This document shows, one piece after another, positions 1 through 10,114 of a DNA stretch of 44,975 nt; the stretch's first letter is position 1, and the number at the start of each line of letters is the position of its first letter. A program made the position numbers and the translations under genes. The stretch covers positions 1-44,975 of the forward strand of contig JACQMV010000008.1 in NCBI GenBank assembly GCA_016203395.1. The letters run 5' to 3'. The DNA comes from Candidatus Woesearchaeota archaeon. Its GTDB lineage: Archaea > Nanobdellota > Nanobdellia > Woesearchaeales > ARS49. Under the pieces are notes generated by a model. That model was not told the DNA's origin, did not search any database, and saw only the letters and a program-made list of their open reading frames with translations.

Positions 1-325
1 ATCTCAATTTAACAAGATTATGCAATATCGAATTACGCTGCCTTTGGTGGTTTTTCGCAATTGTATCTATATCTAGGTTGCTCTTATATTCTTTTTCTAA
101 CTGAGACAGTTCACTATCAGTCCATGGAGTACTATGTTTTCCAGGAACATCAGGATAATCTGCAAATCCAATTATACCTGCCCTAATCAGCCTATGTACT
201 ATTGCGTCCTGTTCTCTCTTTAGTTCTTGTGAAATAACATTAATCGATTTCCCTTGAAAGAATAATCTTCTCAACATTTCTTCTTCACGAAATGACCATT
301 TTTGACCTGTTCGGCTGTATCTCAT
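1..325 (-). CDS. Myb/SANT-like HTH repeat protein (3' end runs off the window)
   Basis: Manual translation MRYSRTGQKWSFREEEMLRRLFFQGKSINVISQELKREQDAIVHRL...STPWTDSELSQLEKEYKSNLDIDTIAKNHQRQRNSILHNL shows two W-[ST]-x-x-E HTH-like repeats. Not in the ORF track because no stop codon lies in the window. Confidence 0.6.
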   Translation of the reverse strand, partial: MRYSRTGQKWSFREEEMLRRLFFQGKSINVISQELKREQDAIVHRLIRAGIIGFADYPDVPGKHSTPWTDSELSQLEKEYKSNLDIDTIAKNHQRQRNSILHNLVKLR

Positions 326-334
326 AGTTTCATC

Positions 335-502
335 TCATTTAAAGTATTCCTTTTCTTTTAGGTTTTTAGGTTTAATATCAATACTAAAATGTTTAATCAT
401 CGCTTTTATAGCATCCTGTTTTGTTTTAAGTCTATTCACTAGCTTATAAACATCAACAATCTTGTCTTCTTCCTCGGATAAGTCCATTTGAATTTTAACC
501 AT
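335..502 (-). CDS. Small antitoxin-like protein (DUF2683-like), 55 aa
   Basis: Manual translation MVKIQMDLSEEEDKIVDVYKLVNRLKTKQDAIKAMIKHF...; LKTKxxAI motif shared with the 13472 protein. Confidence 0.6.
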   Translation of the reverse strand: MVKIQMDLSEEEDKIVDVYKLVNRLKTKQDAIKAMIKHFSIDIKPKNLKEKEYFK

Positions 503-700
503 ATATATCTTCACAATACATAGTAATACATGGACATATGTAAATCTTTCTATTTTGATTGAATTAGGTCATTAGAACGGAACTCTCCCTAACGACTTAA
601 CTAAACGACTAACTGGACGAAATGTCCCCTCAATTTTTGTTCTTGAAGTATCGCTTTGCTCACTTGATAGAATTCTCTCTTTCTCGACTCTGCGGACGCA

Positions 701-1062
701 GTTTTATCCCGCAGCCCTTGCTAAAAATACGCTAAACAAATGACATATTTGCCCTACAGTCCTTGTGCTCTGACTGTGAACTTTAATGTGCTCAACTGTT
801 TATTTGTCTTGAGCAATACCATTTGTTGCAGCCGGTTGCAAGCACAGTGCAAGCACATGGTAAGGGCTTGGTGTGACAACAAAACAAGACACTTCCAAAT
901 CATGAGTCAAGCCACAAGGGCTGCGGAAACGTAGTATCATCTTACACTCTTATTTTTTTGAGAGTGCTGTAGGAAAATAACAACACTTTCTCTGAGAAGT
1001 ATCAGCAGTGTGGGGGTAACGAAACATTTGTAGCGCATTATTAGTTTTTGTTTGTTGGCAGA
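701..1062 (-). repeat. Family A modular repeat, copy A1 (core 757-923)
   Basis: Reverse complement aligns with 40960-41257. Core ends CAGTCCTTGTGCTCTGACT / AGTCAAGCCACAAGGGCTG are imperfect inverted repeats; central near-palindrome TTGCAGCCGGTTGCAA at 826-841. Confidence 0.9.
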
Positions 1063-1103
1063 TTCTGACTCTAATTTATATACCTGTGAGCATTATTGAG
1101 TGC

Positions 1104-1691
1104 ATGAAGCTTTCAGAGCTTGTTGAGCAGATTAAAAGGTTGCCTCCTGAAAAGAGAGTTGAAGCATTAAAACAATTACGTATTTTCCTGAAAAAGAGAG
1201 AAGAACAAACAAAGCAGGGTGAAGAAGCTGCTATAGACCTTCTTGAGGAAGCTGAACTCGAGCAAGCTGCTATTGAGAAGATAACTGTTCCTCAGCAGAA
1301 AAAGGTTGATTTAGAGGAGTTATTCAAAGAAAAAAAGGATTCTGAACAGATAGAGAGAAAGATTAATATTGAACGTGAAGAGGAAGTGAAAAGGTTTGCT
1401 GAGCGAACTACTCAGGAGAATTTTTTGCGCGCGCAGGAATTACGTCGTGAACAAACTCCCAGTTATGAGCAAAAGCGCGAGCTTTATGATATTGCTGCTG
1501 GTGAAGAACTTAAAAGAATTCGCGGCTACGAGGATAATGAGCAATCACGCAAGCAGCTTGAAAAGATGGAAGAAGGAAATATGCGAAAATATGCCAGAAC
1601 TATTGCTGAAGAGGTTCTTGAGCATGACCATAAGTATGCGAGATCTCAGTCAGAGGAAATCACAGGACAAAATAAAGCGTATAGAGGATAA
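1104..1691 (+). CDS. Hypothetical E/K/R-rich coiled-coil protein
   Basis: Long ORF with the T-ending codon style of other + strand genes; ATG at 1104 preferred over GTG at 1086. Confidence 0.75.
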   Translation: MKLSELVEQIKRLPPEKRVEALKQLRIFLKKREEQTKQGEEAAIDLLEEAELEQAAIEKITVPQQKKVDLEELFKEKKDSEQIERKINIEREEEVKRFAERTTQENFLRAQELRREQTPSYEQKRELYDIAAGEELKRIRGYEDNEQSRKQLEKMEEGNMRKYARTIAEEVLEHDHKYARSQSEEITGQNKAYRG

Positions 1692-1761
1692 TGTTAAACA
1701 CTTCAGGTAGAAACAACACATAAAACACATACTCCTTATTTATATATGTAGGGATATTATT

Positions 1762-3810
1762 ATGATTATGACCTACGAACCTCGTAGTGCAATGGATCGC
1801 GGCTATATTCCTGTTGCAGATATTTCTCCAAAGGACGCTCTTGAAAAGCCGATTCTTTCTTTTAATCAGATAGGACAAACTGTTGTTGAAACAGATCAGA
1901 TGACAGGCAGGAATATTTTGCAGAATGTTCAGGCAGCTATCAGGGGTGGTGCTGGCACTATTCAGCTGGTTATGATGACTTCAAGAAAGCAGCCGCTTGG
2001 TGGTGGTGCTAAAGCAATTGGTAAAGATCTTCAGCAGGCATTGCGTGAAGTTGCTCTTGCTAACCAAGTTAATATTACTGGTTTGGAATTGCCTACTGGT
2101 GCTACTAATAATCTTTCTGGTTGGGATCCTCAGGGTAGGAGGATTGACAAGCAGGCACAGAATGAGAGTATTAAAGAGGTTCATGATGCTATTCAGTTTG
2201 CTGCTTCTTTAGGAGGGGGTGAAGTTGATCTTGTCAGTTTTGAATTTCCTCGTGCATTGTATGAACAGGACTGGAATAAAAAGAGTTTTGGGAAGAAAGT
2301 TGTTGAGGTTGGTGGCGAAAGGAAGGTTAAGGAACGGAAAATGTTTGAAATTCCTGATGAGGATGTTCATGAAGAATTGCGTTTTGTTGATGCAGAAACA
2401 GGTAGTGTGAGTGCATTGTCAAGGCGACGTCTTCCTAATCCTTTTTTTGATGAAAAGCTAAGAAAGCTTTCTGAGGAAGGCAAATCTTATGAGTCATTGT
2501 CTGGCGAGGAAAAACTTATTTTTGATAGGGAAAGATACATTTCTTGGGATGATTATTTGAAAAGGTTTACTAATAGCAATGAATTCAGGGAAAAGTTTCC
2601 TGAGGGTATGGACAAAGCAGACCAGATTAAGGTCAGGGCTGTTGCCTTTGAAAAGATTGGTCAGGAGATTTTTAAGAGAGAAATTTCTAGTGCTAATGCT
2701 CAGATTGCTCGTACGCAGGATTTTATGGAGAATGACGAAACAAGAAGGACTCAGACAAAAGCAGAGATAGAAATGCTTGAAAATAAGAATCGCGCTGTTG
2801 AACTTTTCAGGCAGCAGGAAGGCATGCTTCGTCAGGCAGGTATGTCTGAGCGGGAGATTGAGTTTCGCAGGCGACAGGCAGAACGTGTTCAGAACATGCC
2901 TGAAACAGAAGCAAGAGAAGCGCTTGCTGATGCTAAGCAAAAAGATGCAGTGTTTGCAGAAAGGATTGGTTCTTATGCTAATGAGATTGAGGAGCAAAGA
3001 AGGGCTAAGGCAGAGTATGAGCGCAGGAAGAAAAATTTAAAGTATTTTGAGGATTTTGCGCGTGAGCAATCAGTTGATGGTTACAAGCAAGCAGGTATTA
3101 TTGCTTGGCAAGAATCTAAAATTCATGCTAAGGACTTGAAAAAGCCGTTGGAGATTGGTCCTGAAATTGGCTGGCCTCAGTATTATGGAGGTCATCCTCA
3201 GGAATTTATTGATTTGATTGATAAGGCAAGGCATAAAATGTCTGCAGAGCTCCAGAAAAGTCATGGTTTGTCTGAGAATGATGCTGAAGAAGCTGCGAAA
3301 AAGCATATTAAGGGGATTTTTGATACAGGTCATTTGGGTATGTGGCTGGAGTATTTCAGACCTGAACTTCCGTGGGATGAGCGTGTTAAGGAATTCAAAA
3401 AATGGTATATGGAGCAGGTGAAAAAGATTTCTGATGGTGACTATGTTTCTGGGATTCAGGCAGTTGATTCTGCTACAGGAGCGCATGCTCACCTTCCTCC
3501 CGGTCAGGGCATTCTTCCTGTTGTTGAAGCAGTTAAGGAGTTTAAAAAAAATGGTTTTGATGGTTTTGTTGTGAGTGAGGGTCATGAAGAAGAAAAGCTT
3601 GGCCAAGGACGTATCTTGTGGAAGGCGTGGCAGGCGTTTGATCCTAAGTTGAAAACTGCTTCCTATCTTCCTTCTGTGGCTTGGAGCTCAGTGCATAATT
3701 CTTACATGGGCAGATTATACAGTCCGAGATACATGGTTAGTTCTACTGCGCCTATTTTTGGAGAATACCGTCCTTGGGCAGGTGGAGACAACCCGATTCC
3801 GTTTGAGTAA
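1762..3810 (+). CDS. Xylose isomerase/AP endonuclease 2-like TIM-barrel protein with a large coiled-coil insertion
   Basis: C-terminal motifs FDTGH, HAHLPPGQG, VSEGHE; N-terminal SIKEVHDAIQFAASLGG; charged helical central region. Confidence 0.7.
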   Translation: MIMTYEPRSAMDRGYIPVADISPKDALEKPILSFNQIGQTVVETDQMTGRNILQNVQAAIRGGAGTIQLVMMTSRKQPLGGGAKAIGKDLQQALREVALANQVNITGLELPTGATNNLSGWDPQGRRIDKQAQNESIKEVHDAIQFAASLGGGEVDLVSFEFPRALYEQDWNKKSFGKKVVEVGGERKVKERKMFEIPDEDVHEELRFVDAETGSVSALSRRRLPNPFFDEKLRKLSEEGKSYESLSGEEKLIFDRERYISWDDYLKRFTNSNEFREKFPEGMDKADQIKVRAVAFEKIGQEIFKREISSANAQIARTQDFMENDETRRTQTKAEIEMLENKNRAVELFRQQEGMLRQAGMSEREIEFRRRQAERVQNMPETEAREALADAKQKDAVFAERIGSYANEIEEQRRAKAEYERRKKNLKYFEDFAREQSVDGYKQAGIIAWQESKIHAKDLKKPLEIGPEIGWPQYYGGHPQEFIDLIDKARHKMSAELQKSHGLSENDAEEAAKKHIKGIFDTGHLGMWLEYFRPELPWDERVKEFKKWYMEQVKKISDGDYVSGIQAVDSATGAHAHLPPGQGILPVVEAVKEFKKNGFDGFVVSEGHEEEKLGQGRILWKAWQAFDPKLKTASYLPSVAWSSVHNSYMGRLYSPRYMVSSTAPIFGEYRPWAGGDNPIPFE

Positions 3811-3857
3811 GAAATGCGTTGAATATTTGCGTATTTGACTGTTCTTTAGAGCATGAA

Positions 3858-3900
3858 CTGCTGGAAAAGAATTATGAAACAGTTGCTTATTATTAGCAGT
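3858..3900 (-). repeat. Isolated single module of family A
   Basis: Reverse complement ACTGCTAATAATAAGCAACTGTTTCATAATTCTTTTCCAGCAG matches 40925-40968; lies between convergent genes. Confidence 0.75.
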
Positions 3901-3919
3901 TTTGGGGAGAAATGAATAG

Positions 3920-4330
3920 TTATTCTGCAACTTTTATTTCATTCACATTAAAGAATCGTTTTATTACTGCTTCATTATGTCGTAGTGTGCTTGCGCTTTT
4001 TCCTATCAGCATTCCTCTTGTTTTGTAGTCTGGTGCTTTGAGGATTACTTTTCCGTTTTCTTCAGAAATTTCTGATATCGGGTATGGGGCAAAAACATTT
4101 TTTATGAATTGTTTGATGTCTGCATTCCATTGCACTATTTTTATTCGTTTTTTCATTATTCTTTCAATTCTTTTTGCGTTTTCGCCTTTCGCTCCTATTG
4201 CTTGTTCTATTCCGTTGTGTACTATTATTGTCAGCCATTCTTCTTGTTGTATGCAGTCTTTTATTTCTGCTCTGGTCTGTTTTTCTAAAAGGCGGATTAA
4301 TCGTAGGTCGTCTTCATTTAAAATTCTCAT
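3920..4330 (-). CDS. nusA: Archaeal NusA (two KH domains)
   Basis: AIGAKGENAK and LIGKSAS KH loops; canonical position after rpl30e. Confidence 0.9.
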   Translation of the reverse strand: MRILNEDDLRLIRLLEKQTRAEIKDCIQQEEWLTIIVHNGIEQAIGAKGENAKRIERIMKKRIKIVQWNADIKQFIKNVFAPYPISEISEENGKVILKAPDYKTRGMLIGKSASTLRHNEAVIKRFFNVNEIKVAE

Positions 4331-4578
4331 ATTATTCCTATTACGTTGATGTTGAAGGGTTTTTTGCAGATTTCTGCAAGTATTTGGCTGTTTTCTTCAA
4401 GTTCTGTTACTGGTACGTTTAAGAGTTTTGTGTAGTGGAATATTTTTTTCTTTGTTGTTTCGTTTATGTTTTTGCTTATGAGCACTTCTTTTACCTGTTC
4501 TTTGGCAATTGCTTTAAGCACTCTTTGTTCTCCAATGATGGCTTTCTTCTGTTCTATCAGTTTTTTTATGTCAATCAT
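4327..4578 (-). CDS. rpl30e: Ribosomal protein L30e (short form)
   Basis: IIGEQRVLKAI...LAEICKKPFNI resembles the L7Ae/L30e family; lies between rpoA2 and nusA. Confidence 0.8.
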   Translation of the reverse strand: MIDIKKLIEQKKAIIGEQRVLKAIAKEQVKEVLISKNINETTKKKIFHYTKLLNVPVTELEENSQILAEICKKPFNINVIGII

Positions 4579-5683
4579 TTTTCACCTTTAGTTTTGGTAG
4601 TCCTGTTCCTACAGGTATTAGTTGGTTGAGCATTACGTTTTCTACTACACTGTTGAGGGAGTCTATTTCTCCTACCAGTGTTGCGTTTATCAGGTGTTTT
4701 AGTGGTGTTTCAAAGCTCGCTCTTGCCAGGACAGAGCTTTTTTCACTTACTACTCCGTATCTTGTTATGCCTTTGACTTCTCCGCTTACTGTCATCGTAT
4801 CTGCTACGAGGAGTATATGTCTTATGTCTATGTTCAGTCCTTGTGCTTCTACTACCCGCATTACTTCGTTTATGATTGCTTGTCTTGCTGCTTCTATTCC
4901 GAAGGTTTTGCTTATTTCGTATATGTCGTTTGTTGTTGTTCGTTCAGTGTCAACAAACTCTAGTTCTAGCACTTTTTTGAGGTTGCTTCCTGCAGTTATT
5001 ATTAGGAATTCTCCGTTTCTTTCTACTGTGAGCACTTGGCGTATCCCTTTTATTCCTTTTACCGGGACATCGTGTATGTTTTCTTTGAGTGCGTATAGTG
5101 CGCTTAGATCTTGATTGTCTTTTAGTTTTGCTTCTATCATGTTGTTTTCTGTTGTTATTTTTGCTTTTGTTAATTTTTCTGCTGCTTTTCCTACCTGCGA
5201 TATTGTTATTTTGAGGTTTTTCATTTTTTGTTCGTTTAGTATTATTTGGATTTTCATGTCTGCTATGTTGAGTGAGTATTCTTTGGCTATGTCTCCTATT
5301 GTTGTTTGTTTTAATTCCATTGCTAATTCTTTTACGTTCTTTCCTGTGCTGTATGGGTGTTTCAGGAATATTTCCATCATTGGTGTTGTTATTTCTTTTC
5401 TTCCGTCAAGGATTTCTATTAATCTTGGCAGTCCCATTGTTACGTTCATTTCAGCCACTCCTGCAAAGTGGAATGTGTCTAGTGTCATTTGTGTGCCTTG
5501 TTCTCCTATGCTTTCTGCGCATATTAGTCCAACTGCTTCTCCAGGATCTACTTTTGCGCTTTCGTATTCTTCTACTGTTTTTTTTGCTGCTTTTTTAAGT
5601 TTTGATTGTGGTGCGTTTTCAAGTAGCTCTTTTATTAGGTAGGCGTTCAGTTTTTCCTCGTATTCTTTTATTTCTTCTTTCAT
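4571..5683 (-). CDS. rpoA2: RNA polymerase subunit A'' (Rpo1C)
   Basis: PGEAVG...SIGEQGTQMTLDTFHFAGV, LARASFET, IPVGTG. Confidence 0.97.
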   Translation of the reverse strand: MKEEIKEYEEKLNAYLIKELLENAPQSKLKKAAKKTVEEYESAKVDPGEAVGLICAESIGEQGTQMTLDTFHFAGVAEMNVTMGLPRLIEILDGRKEITTPMMEIFLKHPYSTGKNVKELAMELKQTTIGDIAKEYSLNIADMKIQIILNEQKMKNLKITISQVGKAAEKLTKAKITTENNMIEAKLKDNQDLSALYALKENIHDVPVKGIKGIRQVLTVERNGEFLIITAGSNLKKVLELEFVDTERTTTNDIYEISKTFGIEAARQAIINEVMRVVEAQGLNIDIRHILLVADTMTVSGEVKGITRYGVVSEKSSVLARASFETPLKHLINATLVGEIDSLNSVVENVMLNQLIPVGTGLPKLKVKND

Positions 5684-8310
5684 AGTTGTTTTATTATCCT
5701 CTTTACGTCTATTGTTCCTTGTTCGCTTTTGCTTACGTCAATGCAGTCTTCGCCGTACATGAATTGTATTACTCTTCCGTTTGCGTCTCTTACTGTTCCA
5801 TCATATTCTACTCTTAGGTCTTGCATTGCGTTTGCCAGTCGTCTGTATAAGTAGCCGGATTTTGGTGTTCTTAGTGCTGTGTCCATTAAGCTGTCTCTTC
5901 CTGTTATTGAGTGGAAGAAGAATTCTGTCGGGCTTAGTCCTATTTTGAAGTTTGATCTTACAAATCCTCTTGCTTCTGGTCGTAAGTCTCCTCTTTTGAA
6001 GCAGCTTAGTGTTCTTCCGTGGTATCCTTTATCTATTCTTTTTCCTCTTAGTGCTTGTTGTCCTACGCATGCTGCCATTTGTACTATGTTGAGTATGTTT
6101 CCTCTTGCTCCTGAGCTTATTATGCTTGTGCTGTTGAGTCCTTCTTTGAAGTGTTCTTTTATTGTGCTTCCGCAACTGTTTCTTGCTTTGTTCAGTATTT
6201 CAAGTATTCTTAATTCTAGTGTTTCTTCTACGGTTCTTCCCGGGAATGCTTCAAGGTTTCCTTGTTCGTATTGTTGGATTAGCGTGTTGACTTCTTCTTC
6301 TGCCTTGCTTAGTAACAAGTGCATCTTTTCTTCTGCTGGTTTTGGAAGGTCTATGTCTGAGATTGGTGCGCTTATGCCTGTGTATAGCAGGGTTTCTATT
6401 CCGAGTTTGAATATGCTGTGCAGTAATTCTATTGTTTTCTGGCTTCCGTATTGTTTTTGCAGTGCTCTTATCATTGCTCCTGCTCCTTCTCCTCCTATGC
6501 TTTTTTGGTCTATATTGCCTTTTATGAGTTTGCCGTTTTCTACTATTACTTCGTCTCCGTTTTTGCTTTTTCCGTGGAATGTGAAATCTTCAGGTAGTAG
6601 TGCGCTGAATACTTCTTTGCCTGTTATTGTTTTTTTGTTTGGAACTTTTGTGAAGTCAAATATTCCTGTGCTACATAATAGTTCTACTGCGTGGTTTCTT
6701 TCCATCTCTAAGAATTTTGTTAAAACATAATTTCCTGATATTCCATCGTGTATGCAACCAATCGCGCTTCCTCCATATCCCGGGCTTATAAGCTGTGTTT
6801 GAACTTCAAGAAGTAATTCTGCTTCTGCTCTGGCTTCTTCTGTTTGTGGGATGTGGAGGTTCATTTCGTCTCCGTCAAAGTCTGCATTGTATGGTGCGCA
6901 TACTGCCGGGTTTAATCTTAGCGTTCTTCCCGGAAGTGCTTTTACTTTGTGGCACATCATGCTCATTCTGTGCAAGCTTGGCTGTCTGTTGAATACTGCT
7001 ATGTCTCCGTCTATCAAGTGTCTTTCTACAATGTAGCCGGGTTGCATTTCTTCTAGTATCGCTTCTTTTGTTTCCTCTGTTATTTTCTTTTTCTTTCCAT
7101 CAGGTCTTATTAAGTAGTTTGCTCCGGGGTATTTGGTCGGCCCGTTTTGAACGAATTTTTTTAGGTATTCTCTGTTCCATTCGTTTATTGTTTCTGGTAT
7201 TGTGAGTTTTATTGCTACGATTATTGGTACTCCAACTTCATCTATCGCGAGCATAGTATCTGGGCTTATTACTGTTCTTGCGCAGAAGTTTGTTCTTTTT
7301 CCTGCAAGATTATGCCTTATTCGTCCTTCTTTGCTTTTTATTCTTTCGCTGATTGTTTTTAGTGGTTGTCCTGACCTGTGTCTTGCTGGCGGTAGTTGTG
7401 CTACTTCATTATCAAAAAAGGTTGTTACGTGGTATTGCAATAAGTCCCATAGGTCTTCTATGATTATTTCTGGTGCGCCTGCGTTTATGTTTTCAAACAA
7501 TCGTTGGTTTATTCTTACAATGTCTCCTAATTTGTGTGTAAGATCGTCTTCGCTTCTTTCTCCTGTTTCAAGTGTGATGCTTGGTCGCACTGTGACTGGG
7601 GGTATTGGTAGCACGGTTAGTATCATCCATTCTGGTCTTGCTGCAGCAGGGTTTAGTCCGAATAGCCAGCAGTCATCGTCAGGTATTTTTTCTAGGCGGC
7701 TTCTGGCTTCTATTGGGGTTATTCTTCTTTCTCCGCTCATGAATGTTGTTGGTTTTTCTAGTGTTACTTTTTCCTGTTTTGAGCCGCAGTGTGGGCATTT
7801 GTTTACTGTCCGCATTGCTGCTACAACATCTTTTACTCCGTCTCTTCTTGCTTCTACGCCTTCTTCTATCTCTATTTTGTCTAATTGGCTTTTTGCTTTT
7901 TTTATTTTATCCTCAGGTATAAGCACTCTTCCGCAGTCTTTGCACGTGCATTGTAGCATTGTATGTATTACTTTTATGAAGCTGATGTGCATTACTGGTC
8001 TTGCAAGTTCTATGTATCCGAAGTGTCCTATGCATTCTTTCAGTTTTGAGCCGCAGGTTTTGCATCTTAGCCCGGGATCAATTACTCCTAATCTTACGTC
8101 CATTAGTCCGCCGTCAACAGGATAGCCCTCTTTGTCATAAAGTTCAGGTGTGACTATTTTGCTTCGCGCCATTTTCTTTATCATTTTTGGGCTCAGTATG
8201 CCAAAGACTATGCTTCCTACTTTTTTGTGGACGTATCTTGTGCTTGCTTCAAACTTTTCTCTGCTTTGTTTTTCTTCTATTGCTTTTTGTTCAGGGGTTT
8301 TTTGTTCCAT
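5680..8310 (-). CDS. rpoA1: RNA polymerase subunit A' (Rpo1N)
   Basis: Catalytic YNADFDGDEMN, NRQPSLH, zinc-site CKTC...CIGHFG. Confidence 0.98.
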   Translation of the reverse strand: MEQKTPEQKAIEEKQSREKFEASTRYVHKKVGSIVFGILSPKMIKKMARSKIVTPELYDKEGYPVDGGLMDVRLGVIDPGLRCKTCGSKLKECIGHFGYIELARPVMHISFIKVIHTMLQCTCKDCGRVLIPEDKIKKAKSQLDKIEIEEGVEARRDGVKDVVAAMRTVNKCPHCGSKQEKVTLEKPTTFMSGERRITPIEARSRLEKIPDDDCWLFGLNPAAARPEWMILTVLPIPPVTVRPSITLETGERSEDDLTHKLGDIVRINQRLFENINAGAPEIIIEDLWDLLQYHVTTFFDNEVAQLPPARHRSGQPLKTISERIKSKEGRIRHNLAGKRTNFCARTVISPDTMLAIDEVGVPIIVAIKLTIPETINEWNREYLKKFVQNGPTKYPGANYLIRPDGKKKKITEETKEAILEEMQPGYIVERHLIDGDIAVFNRQPSLHRMSMMCHKVKALPGRTLRLNPAVCAPYNADFDGDEMNLHIPQTEEARAEAELLLEVQTQLISPGYGGSAIGCIHDGISGNYVLTKFLEMERNHAVELLCSTGIFDFTKVPNKKTITGKEVFSALLPEDFTFHGKSKNGDEVIVENGKLIKGNIDQKSIGGEGAGAMIRALQKQYGSQKTIELLHSIFKLGIETLLYTGISAPISDIDLPKPAEEKMHLLLSKAEEEVNTLIQQYEQGNLEAFPGRTVEETLELRILEILNKARNSCGSTIKEHFKEGLNSTSIISSGARGNILNIVQMAACVGQQALRGKRIDKGYHGRTLSCFKRGDLRPEARGFVRSNFKIGLSPTEFFFHSITGRDSLMDTALRTPKSGYLYRRLANAMQDLRVEYDGTVRDANGRVIQFMYGEDCIDVSKSEQGTIDVKRIIKQL

Positions 8311-8311
8311 T

Positions 8312-10114
8312 TTAGTATTTGTTCACTAGTTTGAGCCGGGGATACACTCCTAAGCTTTTGAATTCGTCTAATATGAGTTTGAATGCATAGCTCATTTCAA
8401 CGTCGTTGATTTCTGCTGTTTCGCCGCATGTTGGGCACGTGCTTTTTTCTTTGAATGCATCGTATATTGCTATTACTCCACATTCTTCGCATACCGGCAC
8501 TACTGTTTTGTCTGAATCAAATCTTTCTTTCAAAAGCAATGCACTGCCGTGGGCTACGAATGTGTCTTTTTCCATCTCTCCTAATCTGAGTCCACCTTCT
8601 TTTGCTCTGCCTTCTGTTGGTTGTCTTGTAAGTAATTGTATTGGTCCTCTTGCTCTTGAGTGGATTTTGTTTGCTACCATGTGTTTTAGCTTTAGGTAAT
8701 ACATGTTTCCTACGAATATTCTGGCTTGCATTCTTCTTCCGGTTAATCCGTCATACATTGTTTCTGTGCCGTTTTCTGCAAAACCGAGTTCTAATAGTTC
8801 TTTTCTTATTTTTTCTTCTGGTTCGCAATCAAATATTGTTGCATCAACGTATCTTCCTGATATAGCGCCTACTTTTGCTCCTATGCTTTCTAAGAGGTGG
8901 GATACAGTCATTCTGCTTGGTATGCTGTGTGGGCTAAAGATTATGTCTGGGATTATTCCTGATGCAGTGAATGGCATGTCTTGTTCTGGCACTATGAGCC
9001 CTACAACTCCTTTTTGTCCGTGTCTTGAAACAAATTTGTCTCCAATTTCAGGAATTCTTTGGTCTCTTATTCTGACTTGCACTGTTTTGTTTCCTTCTTC
9101 GTTTTCGCTTATTAAGACAAAGTCTATTATGCCTTCTTCTCCGTGCTTGAGTGATACGCTGCTTTCTCTTTTTATATTGCTTGCGAGACTGTATTCTTCA
9201 AGGGATGACAGGAATCTTGGCGGGCTTACTTTTCCTATGACTACGTCTTCTTCTTTTACTTTTGCTTCTACAAATACTACTCCGTCGTTTTCAAGTAGTC
9301 GGTAGTCTTTTTCGCTTTTGTATCCTTTTACTTCTTTGTCAGGTATGCTTACTTTATCCATTAAGCCACCGCTGTATCTTAATTCTTCTACTATTACTGG
9401 TCGGAAATAAGTGCTTCTTCCTAGTCCTCTGTCAAGACTGCCTTTATTGAGTATGATTGCATCTTCTATGTTATATCCTTTATAGCTCATTATTGCAACA
9501 ATAACGTTTTGTCCTGCCGGGTGTTTGTCAAATTCTGATAAATCGTGCGCTATTGTTCTGACTATTGGGCTTTGTGGGTAATGCAGTAAGTTTACGTCCA
9601 TGTCCATTCTTACTGGGAAGTTTGCTGCGTAAAACCCTATGCTTTGTTTTTGGTTTTTTGCTCCAATGCTTAATCTTGCTCCTTGTGTGTAATTTCCATA
9701 AGGAACTAATGCAGTGACAAGCCCGAGCATTGTGAGTGGCGTGATTTCAAGGTGAGTGTGTTCGGGTGTTAGTTCTTTTTCATCAAATGCTACCAGCATG
9801 TTTTCTTCTTCAGCAGCATCCAGTAATTCTATAACTCCTTGTTTTATCATGTCTGTCCATGTTATTTCGTTTTTTTGTAATTGTTTTATGTGTTTGTCTG
9901 TGAGTAATGCCATTCCATCTCTGACTATTATCAATGGGCGTCTTACTCTGCCTTTGTCACTTTCTATTAGCACTTGATTCATTTCATGGTTGTAGTATAC
10001 ATTTACGTTTTGGCTTAATACGCCTTTTCTTCTTTCTTCTCTGACTTGTTTGGCAAATGCTTCTCCATTCTGTACTTCCCCAAAGTAGAGTCCGTTTAGG
10101 TATACATCAACCAT
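8312..10114 (-). CDS. rpoB1: RNA polymerase subunit B' (Rpo2C)
   Basis: GYNIEDA, GDKFVSRHGQKG, GGLRLGEME, C-terminal zinc ribbon. Confidence 0.97.
   Translation of the reverse strand: MVDVYLNGLYFGEVQNGEAFAKQVREERRKGVLSQNVNVYYNHEMNQVLIESDKGRVRRPLIIVRDGMALLTDKHIKQLQKNEITWTDMIKQGVIELLDAAEEENMLVAFDEKELTPEHTHLEITPLTMLGLVTALVPYGNYTQGARLSIGAKNQKQSIGFYAANFPVRMDMDVNLLHYPQSPIVRTIAHDLSEFDKHPAGQNVIVAIMSYKGYNIEDAIILNKGSLDRGLGRSTYFRPVIVEELRYSGGLMDKVSIPDKEVKGYKSEKDYRLLENDGVVFVEAKVKEEDVVIGKVSPPRFLSSLEEYSLASNIKRESSVSLKHGEEGIIDFVLISENEEGNKTVQVRIRDQRIPEIGDKFVSRHGQKGVVGLIVPEQDMPFTASGIIPDIIFSPHSIPSRMTVSHLLESIGAKVGAISGRYVDATIFDCEPEEKIRKELLELGFAENGTETMYDGLTGRRMQARIFVGNMYYLKLKHMVANKIHSRARGPIQLLTRQPTEGRAKEGGLRLGEMEKDTFVAHGSALLLKERFDSDKTVVPVCEECGVIAIYDAFKEKSTCPTCGETAEINDVEMSYAFKLILDEFKSLGVYPRLKLVNKY

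Noticed and set aside
588-615. Short direct repeats (TAACGACTTAACTAAACGACTAAC)
   Set aside because: Too short, seen only once, and no function can be supported.
740-934. ORFs over repeats (740-934, 12246-12431, 12298-12498, 39757-39951, 40667-41041)
   Set aside because: They lie in or run into non-coding repeats whose other copies carry indels and stops; the similarity of the 12246 and 39757 peptides simply reflects family B DNA.
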